The translations under genes and the position numbers were made by a program. The notes beneath the pieces are model-generated. The model did no database searches, was not told the DNA's origin, and saw only the letters and a program-made list of their open reading frames with translations. Positions 38,282 through 46,921 of a stretch of 64,000 nt of DNA are shown here, in pieces. The number at the start of each line of letters is the position of its first letter. The stretch's first letter is position 1. This stretch comes from an uncultured virus (IMG/VR IMGVR_UViG_2548877036_000001) (taxonomy: Duplodnaviria > Heunggongvirae > Uroviricota > Caudoviricetes). The DNA lies in IMG/VR virus record IMGVR_UViG_2548877036_000001. One strand, given 5' to 3'.

Positions 38282-39135
38282 GAGTCCGATTCCCCGGAGT
38301 ACGGCACCAACCCAATCTCGCCGATCACATCGTCGAAGGTTCCAAGCAAATCGCCTGCAATCTCGTTCGGTATCTCTATAACCGAGAACAAATCGATTGC
38401 ACCAACATCTTTAGCAGTGGCCAGACTGCTACACCGCCTGATCAGCTGAAACCACACTCTGCGGCCAAACGCAGCACCCCACCTCCCCGAATTTAGCTGG
38501 GCAATGTCACTGACCAGTGATACCGTCAGCTCGTGACTTTGATACGCCTCGACCAGCGAGTTGCCGGGATGCAGACAGCATCACCGGCGGCTTTGTCGTG
38601 GCTGGAATCGGTCATCAAGACCCAAGGGCTCTCCGCGGCCACGAGCCACGATTTCGGCCAGCCCAGATGCTTCCGGTCACCCCGATATGACCTATCCGCC
38701 CTCCCCATGGGCGAGCGCCCCGATCGGAAGCAAGGGCCAGGGAACAAATCTCATGAAACTCTCAATATTTGCGTTTCCGCTGCTAGGGATGTCCGCTGAC
38801 ACTCCCTTAGTTCAGCACGCTTTGAAATAGCTTGCTTCACAGCAGTTTTCGATAAATTGCGCTTTACAAGCCTCGCATTCCGTAGCACCATCATGCACAG
38901 CACGAACGAGAAGATCGCTCGATTCGCTGCCGCACGCGGGACGCTAAGGCGTTCTCCTGCTAGGACTTTGAAAACTCCAGAGTGTGTGATGCACCGCCCC
39001 TCACGAGGGTCGATGAACAAGCCGTCTCGGCGCCCGGGGCTCCCAAGAGAGTCAATGACCGGTCAGCCAGTCGAGCATGCTCATCCTCAACCCTCCTGTC
39101 GGGGCGGTCCGCCGGGCGCCGCCATGCGCCCGGCT

Positions 39136-39169
39136 CTCATGCCAGCTCCTGTCAGGGAGCTGGCATGAG
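39136..39169. other. perfect 14-bp hairpin upstream of the tRNA array
   Basis: CTCATGCCAGCTCC-TGTCAG-GGAGCTGGCATGAG. Confidence 0.65.
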
Positions 39170-39217
39170 TTCCGTTTGGTTGAATTGATGTCAAATCCAT
39201 TGCAACCAAACGGATAT

Positions 39218-39291
39218 GCGCCTCTAGCTCATCTGGCCAGAGCACCTGACTCTTAATCAGGGGGTACGGGGTTCGAGACCCCGGGGGCGTA
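39218..39291 (+). tRNA. tRNA-Lys(CTT)
   Basis: cloverleaf; CCTGA-CTCTTAA-TCAGG. Confidence 0.9.
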
Positions 39292-39294
39292 CGT

Positions 39295-39777
39295 AGCGCG
39301 ACGTGCGGTGGAGTAGACCGCACACGTACCAGTGGGTGGTGTCGGGTACTGGGTACGCGGCCAGAGTGCCGCAACCGACCATCAATCGGATCCTCCCCTC
39401 TCGCAGGTCTTCCGGTGTCAGAGCCCGGTTGGGGTGTGGGGGCGGCACCGATCGGCGTGAGATATACCGCCAACCGTCCACAGCTCGATTGCTCCGATCC
39501 CACTCCTCCTTCGCAAGGCGGGGCGGCGCGGCATCTCACCGCGAAACGACAACCCGTTCACCCAGTAGGGGCACCCAACGGTGAGCGGCACGGTGCAGGG
39601 TAAGACACCTTCGGGTGGGTCGAATCAGAGAGGGACACCGGCACACCGGTGTGGCGCCGTGGACAGACACGGGGGCGATAATGCAGCCCTTGACGGAGCA
39701 GGAGCCGCCTCGTTCTGGCGGCAGGCTAGAAATCCGAACACCGAGTGGTCCCGTCGGGCGCAACAATCCGGGACGCT
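39295..39777 (+). ncRNA. unassigned large structured RNA candidate
   Basis: no credible ORF; about ten local hairpins plus long-range complements. Confidence 0.5.
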
Positions 39778-39849
39778 GCGAGCGTGGTCCAATGGCTACG
39801 ACCTCAGACTTCCAATCTGATGATGCGGGTTCGATTCCCGTCGCTCGCT
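39778..39849 (+). tRNA. tRNA-Gly(TCC)
   Basis: TCAGA-CTTCCAA-TCTGA. Confidence 0.9.
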
Positions 39850-40002
39850 CTTGGTGCCCACGACGGTGGGTAGGGACAGAGGACGGTCCCTTCGCCACGG
39901 GGTTCGATTCCCTGCGTTGGCTTCGGCCCGCGGTGCGGAACTGGTGATGCCAGCTGGTCGGTGCCAGGTACCGGATCACTGCCGACCTTCTCCAAACATC
40001 TT

Positions 40003-40087
40003 GGCCCTGTGGCGAAACATGGCAGCCGCGCCGGATTCAAACTCCGGTGTCCGACAGGACGTGTGGGTTCGATTCCCTCCAGGGCTA
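40003..40087 (+). tRNA. tRNA-Leu(CAA)
   Basis: CCGGA-TTCAAAC-TCCGG, long variable arm. Confidence 0.88.
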
Positions 40088-40105
40088 CCGCGTCCGAATG
40101 AACAA

Positions 40106-40177
40106 TGCCTTGTGGGGTAATCGGCAGCCCACTGGATTTTGGCTCCGGGAGTTCAGGTTCGAGCCCTGGCGAGGCAG
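40106..40177 (+). tRNA. tRNA-Gln(TTG)
   Basis: CTGGA-TTTTGGC-TCCGG. Confidence 0.88.
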
Positions 40178-40203
40178 CAGGTCGGCGGACCCGAAACGCA
40201 CAT

Positions 40204-40275
40204 TGCCCGGTGGTCTAACGGCAGGACTCCTGATTCTGGATCAGGTCGGTGGAGGTTCGAATCCTCCCTGGGCAG
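40204..40275 (+). tRNA. tRNA-Gln(CTG)
   Basis: CCTGA-TTCTGGA-TCAGG. Confidence 0.9.
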
Positions 40276-40388
40276 CATCGCGAATCCCACTGTGCGGAGT
40301 TAATCGCCCGCGTGGCAGTGGTCTTCGCAGGTGGCGTTCCAGGAGCATGCTCGACGCTATGGCCCCGTTCCAGGATCACCACCACAAC

Positions 40389-40463
40389 GCCCTGATAGCT
40401 CAGTCCGGCCAGAGCATCTGCCTTGTAAGCAGAGGGTCGCCGGTTCGAATCCGGCTTGGGGCT
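40389..40463 (+). tRNA. tRNA-Thr(TGT)
   Basis: TCTGC-CTTGTAA-GCAGA. Confidence 0.9.
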
Positions 40464-40483
40464 CTCCCCCACCTTCGGGTGAT

Positions 40484-40558
40484 GCCGCCATAGCTCAGTG
40501 GCAGAGCGTTTCCTTGGTAAGGAAAAGGTCTCGGGTTCAACCCCCGATGGTGGCTCCA
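40484..40558 (+). tRNA. tRNA-Thr(GGT)
   Basis: TTTCC-TTGGTAA-GGAAA; encoded CCA. Confidence 0.92.
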
Positions 40559-40700
40559 CGGTTGTCGGTGACCACCCGCTGCGCGAGCGGAATGCGGAAC
40601 CGTCAGTCCCGGCGCCCCTCCGCCCATGCAGGGGTCTTCGATGGCCGCGCCGTGCCGGGCAAGCGAAGGTGCACCTCGCCGGAAGGCATGGGTTTCCGAT

Positions 40701-40776
40701 GTGGATGTAGCGCAGCTGGTAGCGCGTCTCGTAGCCAACGAGAAGGCCGCGGGTTCGAATCCCGTCTTCCACTCCA
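40701..40776 (+). tRNA. tRNA-Gly(GCC)
   Basis: TCTCG-TAGCCAA-CGAGA; A at position 33; encoded CCA. Confidence 0.85.
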
Positions 40777-40910
40777 GCACTTCTCCCCTTCGCGGGAGGT
40801 GTGGGGGCTGGTTCCGGCCCCGGCGTCAACGGAGGGTTCGCGTGGACCCTGTACCGCCCGATTGAGGTTGGCGGACGCAGAGCGCAGGTAACCCCTGTGG
40901 CAGGACACAT

Positions 40911-40984
40911 GCCCCTCTGGCCCAACTGGCAGAAGCGTCGGCTTCAGGTGCCGAAGGTTCCCGGTTCGAATCCGGGGAGGGGTA
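40911..40984 (+). tRNA. tRNA-Leu(CAG), short variable loop
   Basis: TCGGC-TTCAGGT-GCCGA. Confidence 0.85.
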
Positions 40985-40989
40985 CAACG

Positions 40990-41765
40990 AGGCATGGCTC
41001 GATAACCGGAGGTGACTCCGGGAAAGGTGGGTGTGACACCCCGCCGCCACAACGCTTCGGCGATGTGGCACACCATGCACGGCTCCCGCAAGGAGTACCT
41101 GGGCAACCGGGTGCCACAGCGGTCCGAGTTCGGCGACAGAAGGGACGGCGAGTGCTCACCTTCGCGCCGGCGCCACGCAGCGCCGGCACCGCCACGTGAA
41201 CGAGGACTGCCAGCGGGGTGCGAGGGAACACCAGTCCAAGCTCGCCAGGCGAGGGCGGTTCCCATGACCTCGGAATCCGGTGGGCGCATCGGTGCACGAC
41301 GAAGAGCGCAGCGGCTTGGCGGCCAAGCGCGAGGGTGTGAAGCATTCTGTGGCTCAAAAGGTTACGGAACTTCGCGGGAAAGCACATCCTCAGTCACAAA
41401 GCACTAGCTCAATTGGCAGAGCAATCGTTTCTGGAACGGTAGGTCGCCGGTTCAAGTCCGGCGTGTTTATCCAAGCGAAAGACTTTCCCTGCCACGGCTC
41501 GAAAGCGCCGTAATCCTCGGCCCTGCACAGGGAATCGAGGCAACCGTGAACTCGCAAGGTGATCGGATGTTCGTGAGGCAGTAGAGCAATACAGGGGTTA
41601 GCTCCCCCTGTGCGAATCGAAACCTGCGGAGTAGATCGTGGCATGACGAGTGGCTGCCGCAAGCAGCCCGGCGTGACGGTTACCAGGGGAACCTGGATGG
41701 ATAAGTCGGGAAACCATAATCCGATGAGAGACCGTTGCTTTGGGGCCTAATCTCAGCCCCAAATA
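40990..41765 (+). ncRNA. probable GOLLD RNA with embedded tRNA
   Basis: about 780-nt ORF-poor, hairpin-dense span in a tRNA array with many GNRA/UUCG-type loops and a terminal hairpin TTGGGGC-CTAATCTCA-GCCCCAA; family call from size, context and recalled motifs. Confidence 0.7.
41398..41473 (+). tRNA. tRNA-Gln(CTG), second copy, inside the putative GOLLD RNA
   Basis: ATCGT-TTCTGGA-ACGGT; GCCGG-TTCAAGT-CCGGC; encoded CCA; 1:72 mismatch. Confidence 0.8.
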
Positions 41766-41770
41766 ACCAA

Positions 41771-41845
41771 TAGCTCGTAGCTCAATTGTGGCAGAGCGCG
41801 CGACTGTTAATCGCGTAGTTGGAGGTTCGACTCCTCCCGGGCTAG
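41771..41845 (+). tRNA. tRNA-Asn(GTT)
   Basis: CGCGA-CTGTTAA-TCGCG. Confidence 0.9.
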
Positions 41846-41857
41846 CGCTTCATATTT

Positions 41858-41928
41858 GGGGCTGTAGTTCAACGGTAGAACAGGGCTTTTGCACGGCTCT
41901 GATCGGGGTTCGATTCCTCGTAGCTCCA
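41858..41928 (+). tRNA. tRNA-Ala(TGC)
   Basis: GGGCT-TTTGCAC-GGCTC; G3:U70. Confidence 0.88.
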
Positions 41929-41984
41929 CGGGCGCATCCGCGCCATTCCGGCCCGCCCACAACACGGAAAGGAGGCGCGGCGCC

Positions 41985-42452
41985 ATGACGACGATCGTGC
42001 CCGCGCCTTCCGTGCGGGTGTTCAACGCCGACTATTCGTTCCTCGACACCGTGCGCTGGCAAGACGCGGTCGGCATGCTTCTACGCGACGTGGCGTACGC
42101 GCTGGAGGCCCACGTGCCCCCGCGCATCGTCCGCTCGCCGAACGCGGAGGTGGAGGTGCCCAAGTCGCTTCTGCTGACTCGGTACGCCCCTGTCCCCTAC
42201 CGGCGCGATCCGGAGTTCGCCTCGCGTGCCGAGATTCTGCGCAGGGACAACTACCTGTGCCAGTACGTCGGCTGCGGAGCCAAGGCCACCACGATCGATC
42301 ACGTGTTCCCGCGTTCGCGCGGCGGCGCGCCGTCATCGTGGACGAACCAGGTAGGCGCGTGCGAGCCGTGCAACGGCCGCAAGGCGGACCGCACACCGGA
42401 GGAAGCAGGTATGAAGCTGATCCGCGAACCGTTCCGGCCAGCGCACATCTGA
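41985..42452 (+). CDS. HNH endonuclease
   Basis: ILRRDNYLCQY..C..TIDHVFPRSRGG..WTN..AC..CNGRK; AAGGAGG RBS. Confidence 0.92.
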   Translation: MTTIVPAPSVRVFNADYSFLDTVRWQDAVGMLLRDVAYALEAHVPPRIVRSPNAEVEVPKSLLLTRYAPVPYRRDPEFASRAEILRRDNYLCQYVGCGAKATTIDHVFPRSRGGAPSSWTNQVGACEPCNGRKADRTPEEAGMKLIREPFRPAHI

Positions 42453-42496
42453 CGACGGGGACCAGACCCGTGACAGCTCGGAGAGACGAGCTTCAT

Positions 42497-42567
42497 GGTC
42501 CGTTCGGTTAGTGGCAGGCCCCGGGATTCTCAGTCCCGTTACGCGGGTTCGATTCCCGCACGGACTA
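42497..42567 (+). tRNA. tRNA-Glu(CTC)
   Basis: CGGGA-TTCTCAG-TCCCG. Confidence 0.9.
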
Positions 42568-42704
42568 CGTTGAGTGGCGTTGAAATCGGGTTCGATTCCC
42601 GCAGGCCGATGGTGTGCCTGGTCGGTGTGGTGCCGCACGTCATGTAAGAGCCGTGCAAATCGGCGAAAACTCTACCGCTGCTGAGGGATCGGCGAGTAGA
42701 GCAC

Positions 42705-42777
42705 GGTCCCGAAGCTGAACTGGTTCAAGCGCTCGGTTGAAGCCCAAGAGAGGTCGGTTCGATTCCGGCCGGGACCA
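42705..42777 (+). tRNA. tRNA-Phe(GAA)
   Basis: CTCGG-TTGAAGC-CCAAG (one mismatch). Confidence 0.82.
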
Positions 42778-42783
42778 CGCAAT

Positions 42784-42871
42784 GTCGGTGTGGCGGAATG
42801 GCAGACGCACTAGCTTGAGGTGCTAGCGCCCATCAACGGGTATGCAGGTTCGACTCCTGTCATCGACACCA
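42784..42871 (+). tRNA. tRNA-Leu(GAG)
   Basis: CTAGC-TTGAGGT-GCTAG; long arm; CCA. Confidence 0.92.
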
Positions 42872-42872
42872 A

Positions 42873-42945
42873 GCCTCTGTGGCGCAACGGATAGCGCATT
42901 CGATTACGGATCGAAAGGTTGAAGGTTCGAGTCCTTCCAGGGGTA
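42873..42945 (+). tRNA. tRNA-Arg(ACG)
   Basis: TTCGA-TTACGGA-TCGAA. Confidence 0.92.
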
Positions 42946-43001
42946 CGCAACATCTGACGCTCTCGCACCCCCTTACATTGTGAAGGAGGTGCAGCCCAGG
43001 A

Positions 43002-43214
43002 ATGACCAGACGACGATCACCCGAGCACGACTACATCTGCCAGCGCTGCCTGTGTGCATGCAACGTCTCTGGCACCCGACATGAGGGTGGCGGCAGCGCC
43101 GACTTCCGCGCGTGCGAGAAGCCTCCGATTCCAGTGCTGCGTAGCGACTTCGAGAAAATGATCGCCGGGGATGTTGCCGCCATCCGAGAACGTCACCGGC
43201 ACCTTGGTACATAG
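43002..43214 (+). CDS. small Cys-containing hypothetical protein
   Basis: AAGGAGG upstream; CQRC motif. Confidence 0.55.
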   Translation: MTRRRSPEHDYICQRCLCACNVSGTRHEGGGSADFRACEKPPIPVLRSDFEKMIAGDVAAIRERHRHLGT

Positions 43215-43236
43215 CGCTGTTAGCACGTAACTATGA

Positions 43237-43313
43237 CGACCTGTAGCTCATCTGGTTAGAGCGCCGCCCTGATAAGGCGGAGGCAGTTGGTTCAAATCCA
43301 TCCAGGTCGACCA
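43237..43313 (+). tRNA. tRNA-Ile(GAT)
   Basis: CCGCC-CTGATAA-GGCGG; CCA. Confidence 0.92.
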
Positions 43314-43333
43314 CGCGGCGCATAGCCGCGCAT

Positions 43334-43407
43334 GCCGGTGTAGAGCAGCTGGTTAGCTCGCCGCCCTGTCACGGCGGAGGTCGCGGGTTCAAATCCCGTC
43401 ACTGGCG
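43334..43407 (+). tRNA. tRNA-Asp(GTC)
   Basis: CCGCC-CTGTCAC-GGCGG. Confidence 0.92.
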
Positions 43408-43432
43408 CCCGTGGTGCATTGGTCACCGCTTA

Positions 43433-43508
43433 GGTCTCGTAGCTCAGTTGGAAGAGCACCTGGTTTACACCCAGGGTGTCGGCGGTTCGAACCCGTCCGA
43501 GATCACCA
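43433..43508 (+). tRNA. tRNA-Val(TAC)
   Basis: CCTGG-TTTACAC-CCAGG; CCA. Confidence 0.92.
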
Positions 43509-43509
43509 T

Positions 43510-43593
43510 GCCGGCACGGCGCAGAGGCGAGGCGCAGCGGCCTGTAAAGCCGTTCTCTCGGGTGAGTGGGTTCAATTCCTTCTGCCGGCACCA
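43510..43593 (+). tRNA. tRNA-Tyr(GTA)
   Basis: GCGGC-CTGTAAA-GCCGT; long arm; CCA. Confidence 0.85.
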
Positions 43594-43621
43594 GGCCCGC
43601 GTCGGCCTCAACGACGTGAAA

Positions 43622-43695
43622 CGGGATGTGGCGCAGCTTGGTAGCGCATCTGCTTTGGGAGCAGAGGGTCGCACGTTCAAATCGTGTCATCTCGA
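43622..43695 (+). tRNA. tRNA-Pro(TGG)
   Basis: TCTGC-TTTGGGA-GCAGA. Confidence 0.92.
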
Positions 43696-43708
43696 CGCAC
43701 AAATTTCA

Positions 43709-43781
43709 GCCCGCGTAGCTCAGTGGATAGAGCGCCTGCTTCCGAAGCAGACGGTCCCGAGTTCAACTCTCGGCGTGGGCA
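43709..43781 (+). tRNA. tRNA-Arg(CCG)
   Basis: CTGC-TTCCGAA-GCAG. Confidence 0.88.
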
Positions 43782-43785
43782 CTTC

Positions 43786-43861
43786 GCCTCTATAGCTCAG
43801 TCTGGTCCAGAGCCACCGACTTTTAATCGGAGGGTCGCAGGTTCAAATCCTGCTGGGGGCA
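43786..43861 (+). tRNA. tRNA-Lys(TTT)
   Basis: CCGA-CTTTTAA-TCGG. Confidence 0.88.
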
Positions 43862-43998
43862 CCCGGCCGCACCGTCGGCCGAATCTTGGAAGATGAACGC
43901 GCCTGGCGCGCACGGCTTCGAACACCGTTGGTCGCTTCAGCGATGGGGATCAGAGCTCCGTCTTCCGCTTTATGGGGATCTATCGATCTATCCCCTAT

Positions 43999-44071
43999 GC
44001 GTCCGTGGTCTAGCGGCCAAGACGCCGGTCTCCAAAACCGGAAGACGTAGGTTCGAGTCCTGCCGGGCGTG
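43999..44071 (+). tRNA. tRNA-Trp(CCA)
   Basis: CCGGT-CTCCAAA-ACCGG. Confidence 0.9.
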
Positions 44072-44138
44072 CAAGTACCCGACCATCGAACGGTGGCCGG
44101 TAATCAGAGGTCGCGACGACGGTCGCGGTCTCGTCCAT

Positions 44139-44211
44139 GGCGTCGTGCTGTGATGGCTAGGCACCCGGGCTTTCATCTCGGGACGCGCGGGTTCGATTCC
44201 CGTCGACGCTG
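44139..44211 (+). tRNA. tRNA-Glu(TTC)
   Basis: CCGGG-CTTTCAT-CTCGG. Confidence 0.85.
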
Positions 44212-44383
44212 CTCAATCCTCGGCGTGTCGTGGCACCCCACTGGAGCCCACGCCAGGCGACATAGAAGCTGAACACGCGAGATCCCGTGTCAACGCCAGC
44301 CCCCCGTTCTACCTGGCGAAGGCATCTCCACGACGCCGCATAGTCTCGGACGAGAGGTGACCTGCACGGGATCTCGCGCATAT

Positions 44384-44459
44384 GCCCCTGTAGCTCAGTG
44401 GACAGAGCGGCACGGTCCTAACGTGACGGCCGGCGGTTCGAATCCGTCTGGGGGCACCA
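44384..44459 (+). tRNA. tRNA-Arg(CCT)
   Basis: CACG-GTCCTAA-CGTG; CCA. Confidence 0.88.
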
Positions 44460-44485
44460 CAGTTCGGCAACCGATCGGAGTGAAC

Positions 44486-45082
44486 ATGGCAACGCGGGAC
44501 GAGAGACACGCAGCTGCGTTCATTGTCGATGTGGAGGCCACCTCGCGCACACCGTTCAGTGGTGTGATGACTGAGTTCGCCGTGGTCCAGCTGGTTTCGG
44601 GCGCTTCGTTCTACGGGCACATCTACCGCAACCATCCGCATCCGGACAACTCCGCGATCCCTGTTGCAGATCTCGACGGTGAGGGTGACTACATCAGCGA
44701 GGCGTACTGGATCGTCGACGGCAAGGACGTCGCCAACGCAGTGGCAGGTTCGGAACCGGCCGATGTCGCTAGCGCACTGCGCGCATGGGTCGACGGATTC
44801 GGTTTACCACGCCGGGTACTGGTCAGCGACAACAACGGCTACGACGCGATGTGGCTGAACTGCTTCACTGACAGCTGGACGGGTGAGGTCTTTTTCGGCC
44901 ACTCGTCGCGGCGCATCGGTGACTTCTACGCAGGCACTCGGCAGAAGTGGGCTGATCACTCCTCATGGAGGAGTCTGCGCCGTACACGACACACCCACCA
45001 TCCACTCGACGACGCACGGGGTAACGCTGAGGCTCTGCGCACGCTGCTGGGCATTGATGTCGATCGCAAAGTCGAGGATTAA
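44486..45082 (+). CDS. DEDD/DnaQ-like 3'-5' exonuclease (RNase AS-like)
   Basis: FIVDVEAT (Exo I), SDNNGYD (Exo II), HTHHPLDDARGNA (Exo III). Confidence 0.85.
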   Translation: MATRDERHAAAFIVDVEATSRTPFSGVMTEFAVVQLVSGASFYGHIYRNHPHPDNSAIPVADLDGEGDYISEAYWIVDGKDVANAVAGSEPADVASALRAWVDGFGLPRRVLVSDNNGYDAMWLNCFTDSWTGEVFFGHSSRRIGDFYAGTRQKWADHSSWRSLRRTRHTHHPLDDARGNAEALRTLLGIDVDRKVED

Positions 45083-45084
45083 CC

Positions 45085-45330
45085 ATGCCGACGATGACGC
45101 TGTACACCCTGTGGTGCGAGGGATACGCCGCCTCCGGAGAGCATGGACGCGCGCGTTCACTGGGTACCTGGGCCGCGGAGTCATTCGACTCTGCTGTGGA
45201 ACTGTGGAATGCGACCAAGAACCGAAATTCGATGTACGGAAACCTCGTTCACCACGAGAACGGTTCCTGGACCTTGTGGGGCTGCCGGTTATTCGACAAC
45301 GAGGCCGATGCCCGCCGAGCGTTCGGATGA
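45085..45330 (+). CDS. phage-like hypothetical protein
   Basis: LWCEGYAASGE..WGCRLFDNEADARRAFG. Confidence 0.7.
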   Translation: MPTMTLYTLWCEGYAASGEHGRARSLGTWAAESFDSAVELWNATKNRNSMYGNLVHHENGSWTLWGCRLFDNEADARRAFG

Positions 45331-45454
45331 ACGGCTCCAGCTGACAGCTAGCGGTGTCGGCGTGTCGCGCGGTCGCAGTGGATTCGAGAGTTCTTGCAGC
45401 GGAGGCTATATGCCAGTGCTCGAACCGCACCAATCGCCGAACCTTGGAGGGCAT

Positions 45455-45658
45455 ATGAAACTCTGCGTCACCGCTGTGATCGCGGCGGCACCCTTGTTGA
45501 TCTTCGCTCCATCCGCCAGCGCGGGGCCGCGCTGTCTCCCAGACCAAACAGCCTGCTGCCCCAGCGGCTACATAGTGGCCGAACACCCCAGCGGTGCGAT
45601 GACGTGCTCTCCTGACGTCGATGCCCAGTCCGCCGCCCGAAACAGCATCCCGATCTGA
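45455..45658 (+). CDS. small secreted Cys-rich protein
   Basis: GGAGG RBS; signal peptide ending ASA. Confidence 0.6.
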   Translation: MKLCVTAVIAAAPLLIFAPSASAGPRCLPDQTACCPSGYIVAEHPSGAMTCSPDVDAQSAARNSIPI

Positions 45659-45718
45659 TCGGTAGACACTCCACCTCCGCGGTGTGCGCCGCTGCGATTC
45701 AGAGGTGTCAGGCGCAGG

Positions 45719-45793
45719 AGCGGAGTAGGGCAGCTTGGTCAGCCCGCGTGGCTCATAACCACGAAGTCGCAGGTTCGAATCCTGCCTCCGCCA
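45719..45793 (+). tRNA. tRNA-Met(CAT), initiator-like
   Basis: CGTGG-CTCATAA-CCACG; A1:C72 mismatch. Confidence 0.88.
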
Positions 45794-45841
45794 CAATCTT
45801 TCGACCGATGTGCTGGAGCTGTGCCCGTGAAAGGTGTATCA

Positions 45842-46060
45842 ATGCGGATCATTGATATGGTCGACAGCCCGGGCTTCAACCCTGCCACGCAACAGGATCG
45901 CGGAGATTGGTCACTGCGTGACGTGTCCGCCGCGCAGGTCGGGTTGGCTGACGACGGAAAGCCTGCATGCATCGATCACGGCGCAATGAATTGCGTAAAC
46001 ATCGAGCGCTCGATATGGCGTTGCCTGATGTGTGGACGATCCTGCTACGCGATCTGGTGA
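45842..46060 (+). CDS. small Zn-ribbon-like hypothetical protein
   Basis: GAAAGG RBS; CIDHG..WRCLMC. Confidence 0.6.
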   Translation: MRIIDMVDSPGFNPATQQDRGDWSLRDVSAAQVGLADDGKPACIDHGAMNCVNIERSIWRCLMCGRSCYAIW

Positions 46061-46090
46061 GACCCCCGGCCAGCACTGCGGGAAAATCAT

Positions 46091-46164
46091 TGCTGTGTAG
46101 CTCAGTTGGCAAGAGCCCCGAACTCATAATTCGGTAGTCGCGGGTTCGAGTCCCGCCACAGCTA
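46091..46164 (+). tRNA. tRNA with CAT anticodon (Met or Ile2)
   Basis: CCGAA-CTCATAA-TTCGG; T1:T72 mismatch. Confidence 0.85.
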
Positions 46165-46195
46165 CGACGCGCCATTCCAGTCGGAACGGCGCTTT

Positions 46196-46277
46196 GGAAG
46201 GTACGCGGCCGGCGCCGCACCCCGCCTTGAAAGCGGGTGGCCGCATCAGCGGTGGGGATCGACACCTCTACCTTCCG
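46196..46277 (+). tRNA. tRNA-Ser(TGA), atypical
   Basis: CCCGC-CTTGAAA-GCGGG; long arm; T loop ATCGACA. Confidence 0.75.
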
Positions 46278-46413
46278 CGCAACCCAACCGGCTCACAACT
46301 GGAAGGGAACTTGCTCGGCTGAGATGCCGGGTGCGGGTGGCTCCGCCTGCGTGACTGTGGACGGACGGCGCGCAGATAGCGGCCCGGGCTGGGCCTGTCC
46401 CCCGGCTCGACAT

Positions 46414-46489
46414 GGCGTCGTTAGCTCAGCGGTAGAGCCCCGGTTTGTGGAACCGGTAGTCGTCGGTTCGATCCCGACACGTCGCCCCA
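46414..46489 (+). tRNA. tRNA-His(GTG)
   Basis: CCGGT-TTGTGGA-ACCGG; G-1:C73; CCA. Confidence 0.9.
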
Positions 46490-46921
46490 TCGGCTGCGGC
46501 ACCGCGTCGCGTTCGTCCGGACGCGCTGCCGCGGCCCAACATCGTCGACGTGAGTGACACACGTAATGACCCACTCGACCTTCGTCTTGCCGCGACAGGC
46601 GGGCATGGGATCCGCGGCTTCCTGAGCATCACGGTCCGGACCAGGACTACATCGCACCCGGACGACGAGTAGCGCACCTGCCCGGTTTCAACTGGCCGAA
46701 TACCCCAGAGAAGTGCATTGCGGGCCACCTCGACACAGTTTGGGTTCTCGACGGGCAGCTTCTCCTCTGCACGGGTTGCGGGCTGGACGGAACCTGATGC
46801 TGAACGTTGTCGACCTCGCGGTAACGACCAGGGTTAGTGCGCTAGGCGAGGATCGGGCGCAGTGCTACTGGGTGGCCCTGGTGACAATCTCCAGCTCAAC
46901 ATGACAGTTCTGCACGAACAT

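Noticed and set aside
39853..39925. Additional tRNA
   Set aside because: Has a T-arm-like GGGGTTCGATTCCC but I could not build matching D and acceptor arms; at most a remnant.
39087..41988. Many overlapping ORFs of 60-236 aa over the array
   Set aside because: They overlap tRNA/ncRNA genes, lack RBSs and have shadow-ORF composition.
42575..42605. Additional tRNA after tRNA-Glu(CTC)
   Set aside because: Only a repeat of the T arm CGGGTTCGATTCCCGCA; no cloverleaf.
42640..42704. Twister-sister ribozyme or riboswitch (GCCG-TGCAAAT-CGGC plus CTCTAC/GTAGAG)
   Set aside because: Only the T-loop-like hairpin matches; other required conserved elements were not found by eye.
46550..46797. Small gene ending ..LLCTGCGLDGT
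   Set aside because: Protein-like frame has no start codon after the upstream stop; possibly a frameshifted remnant, too weak to call.
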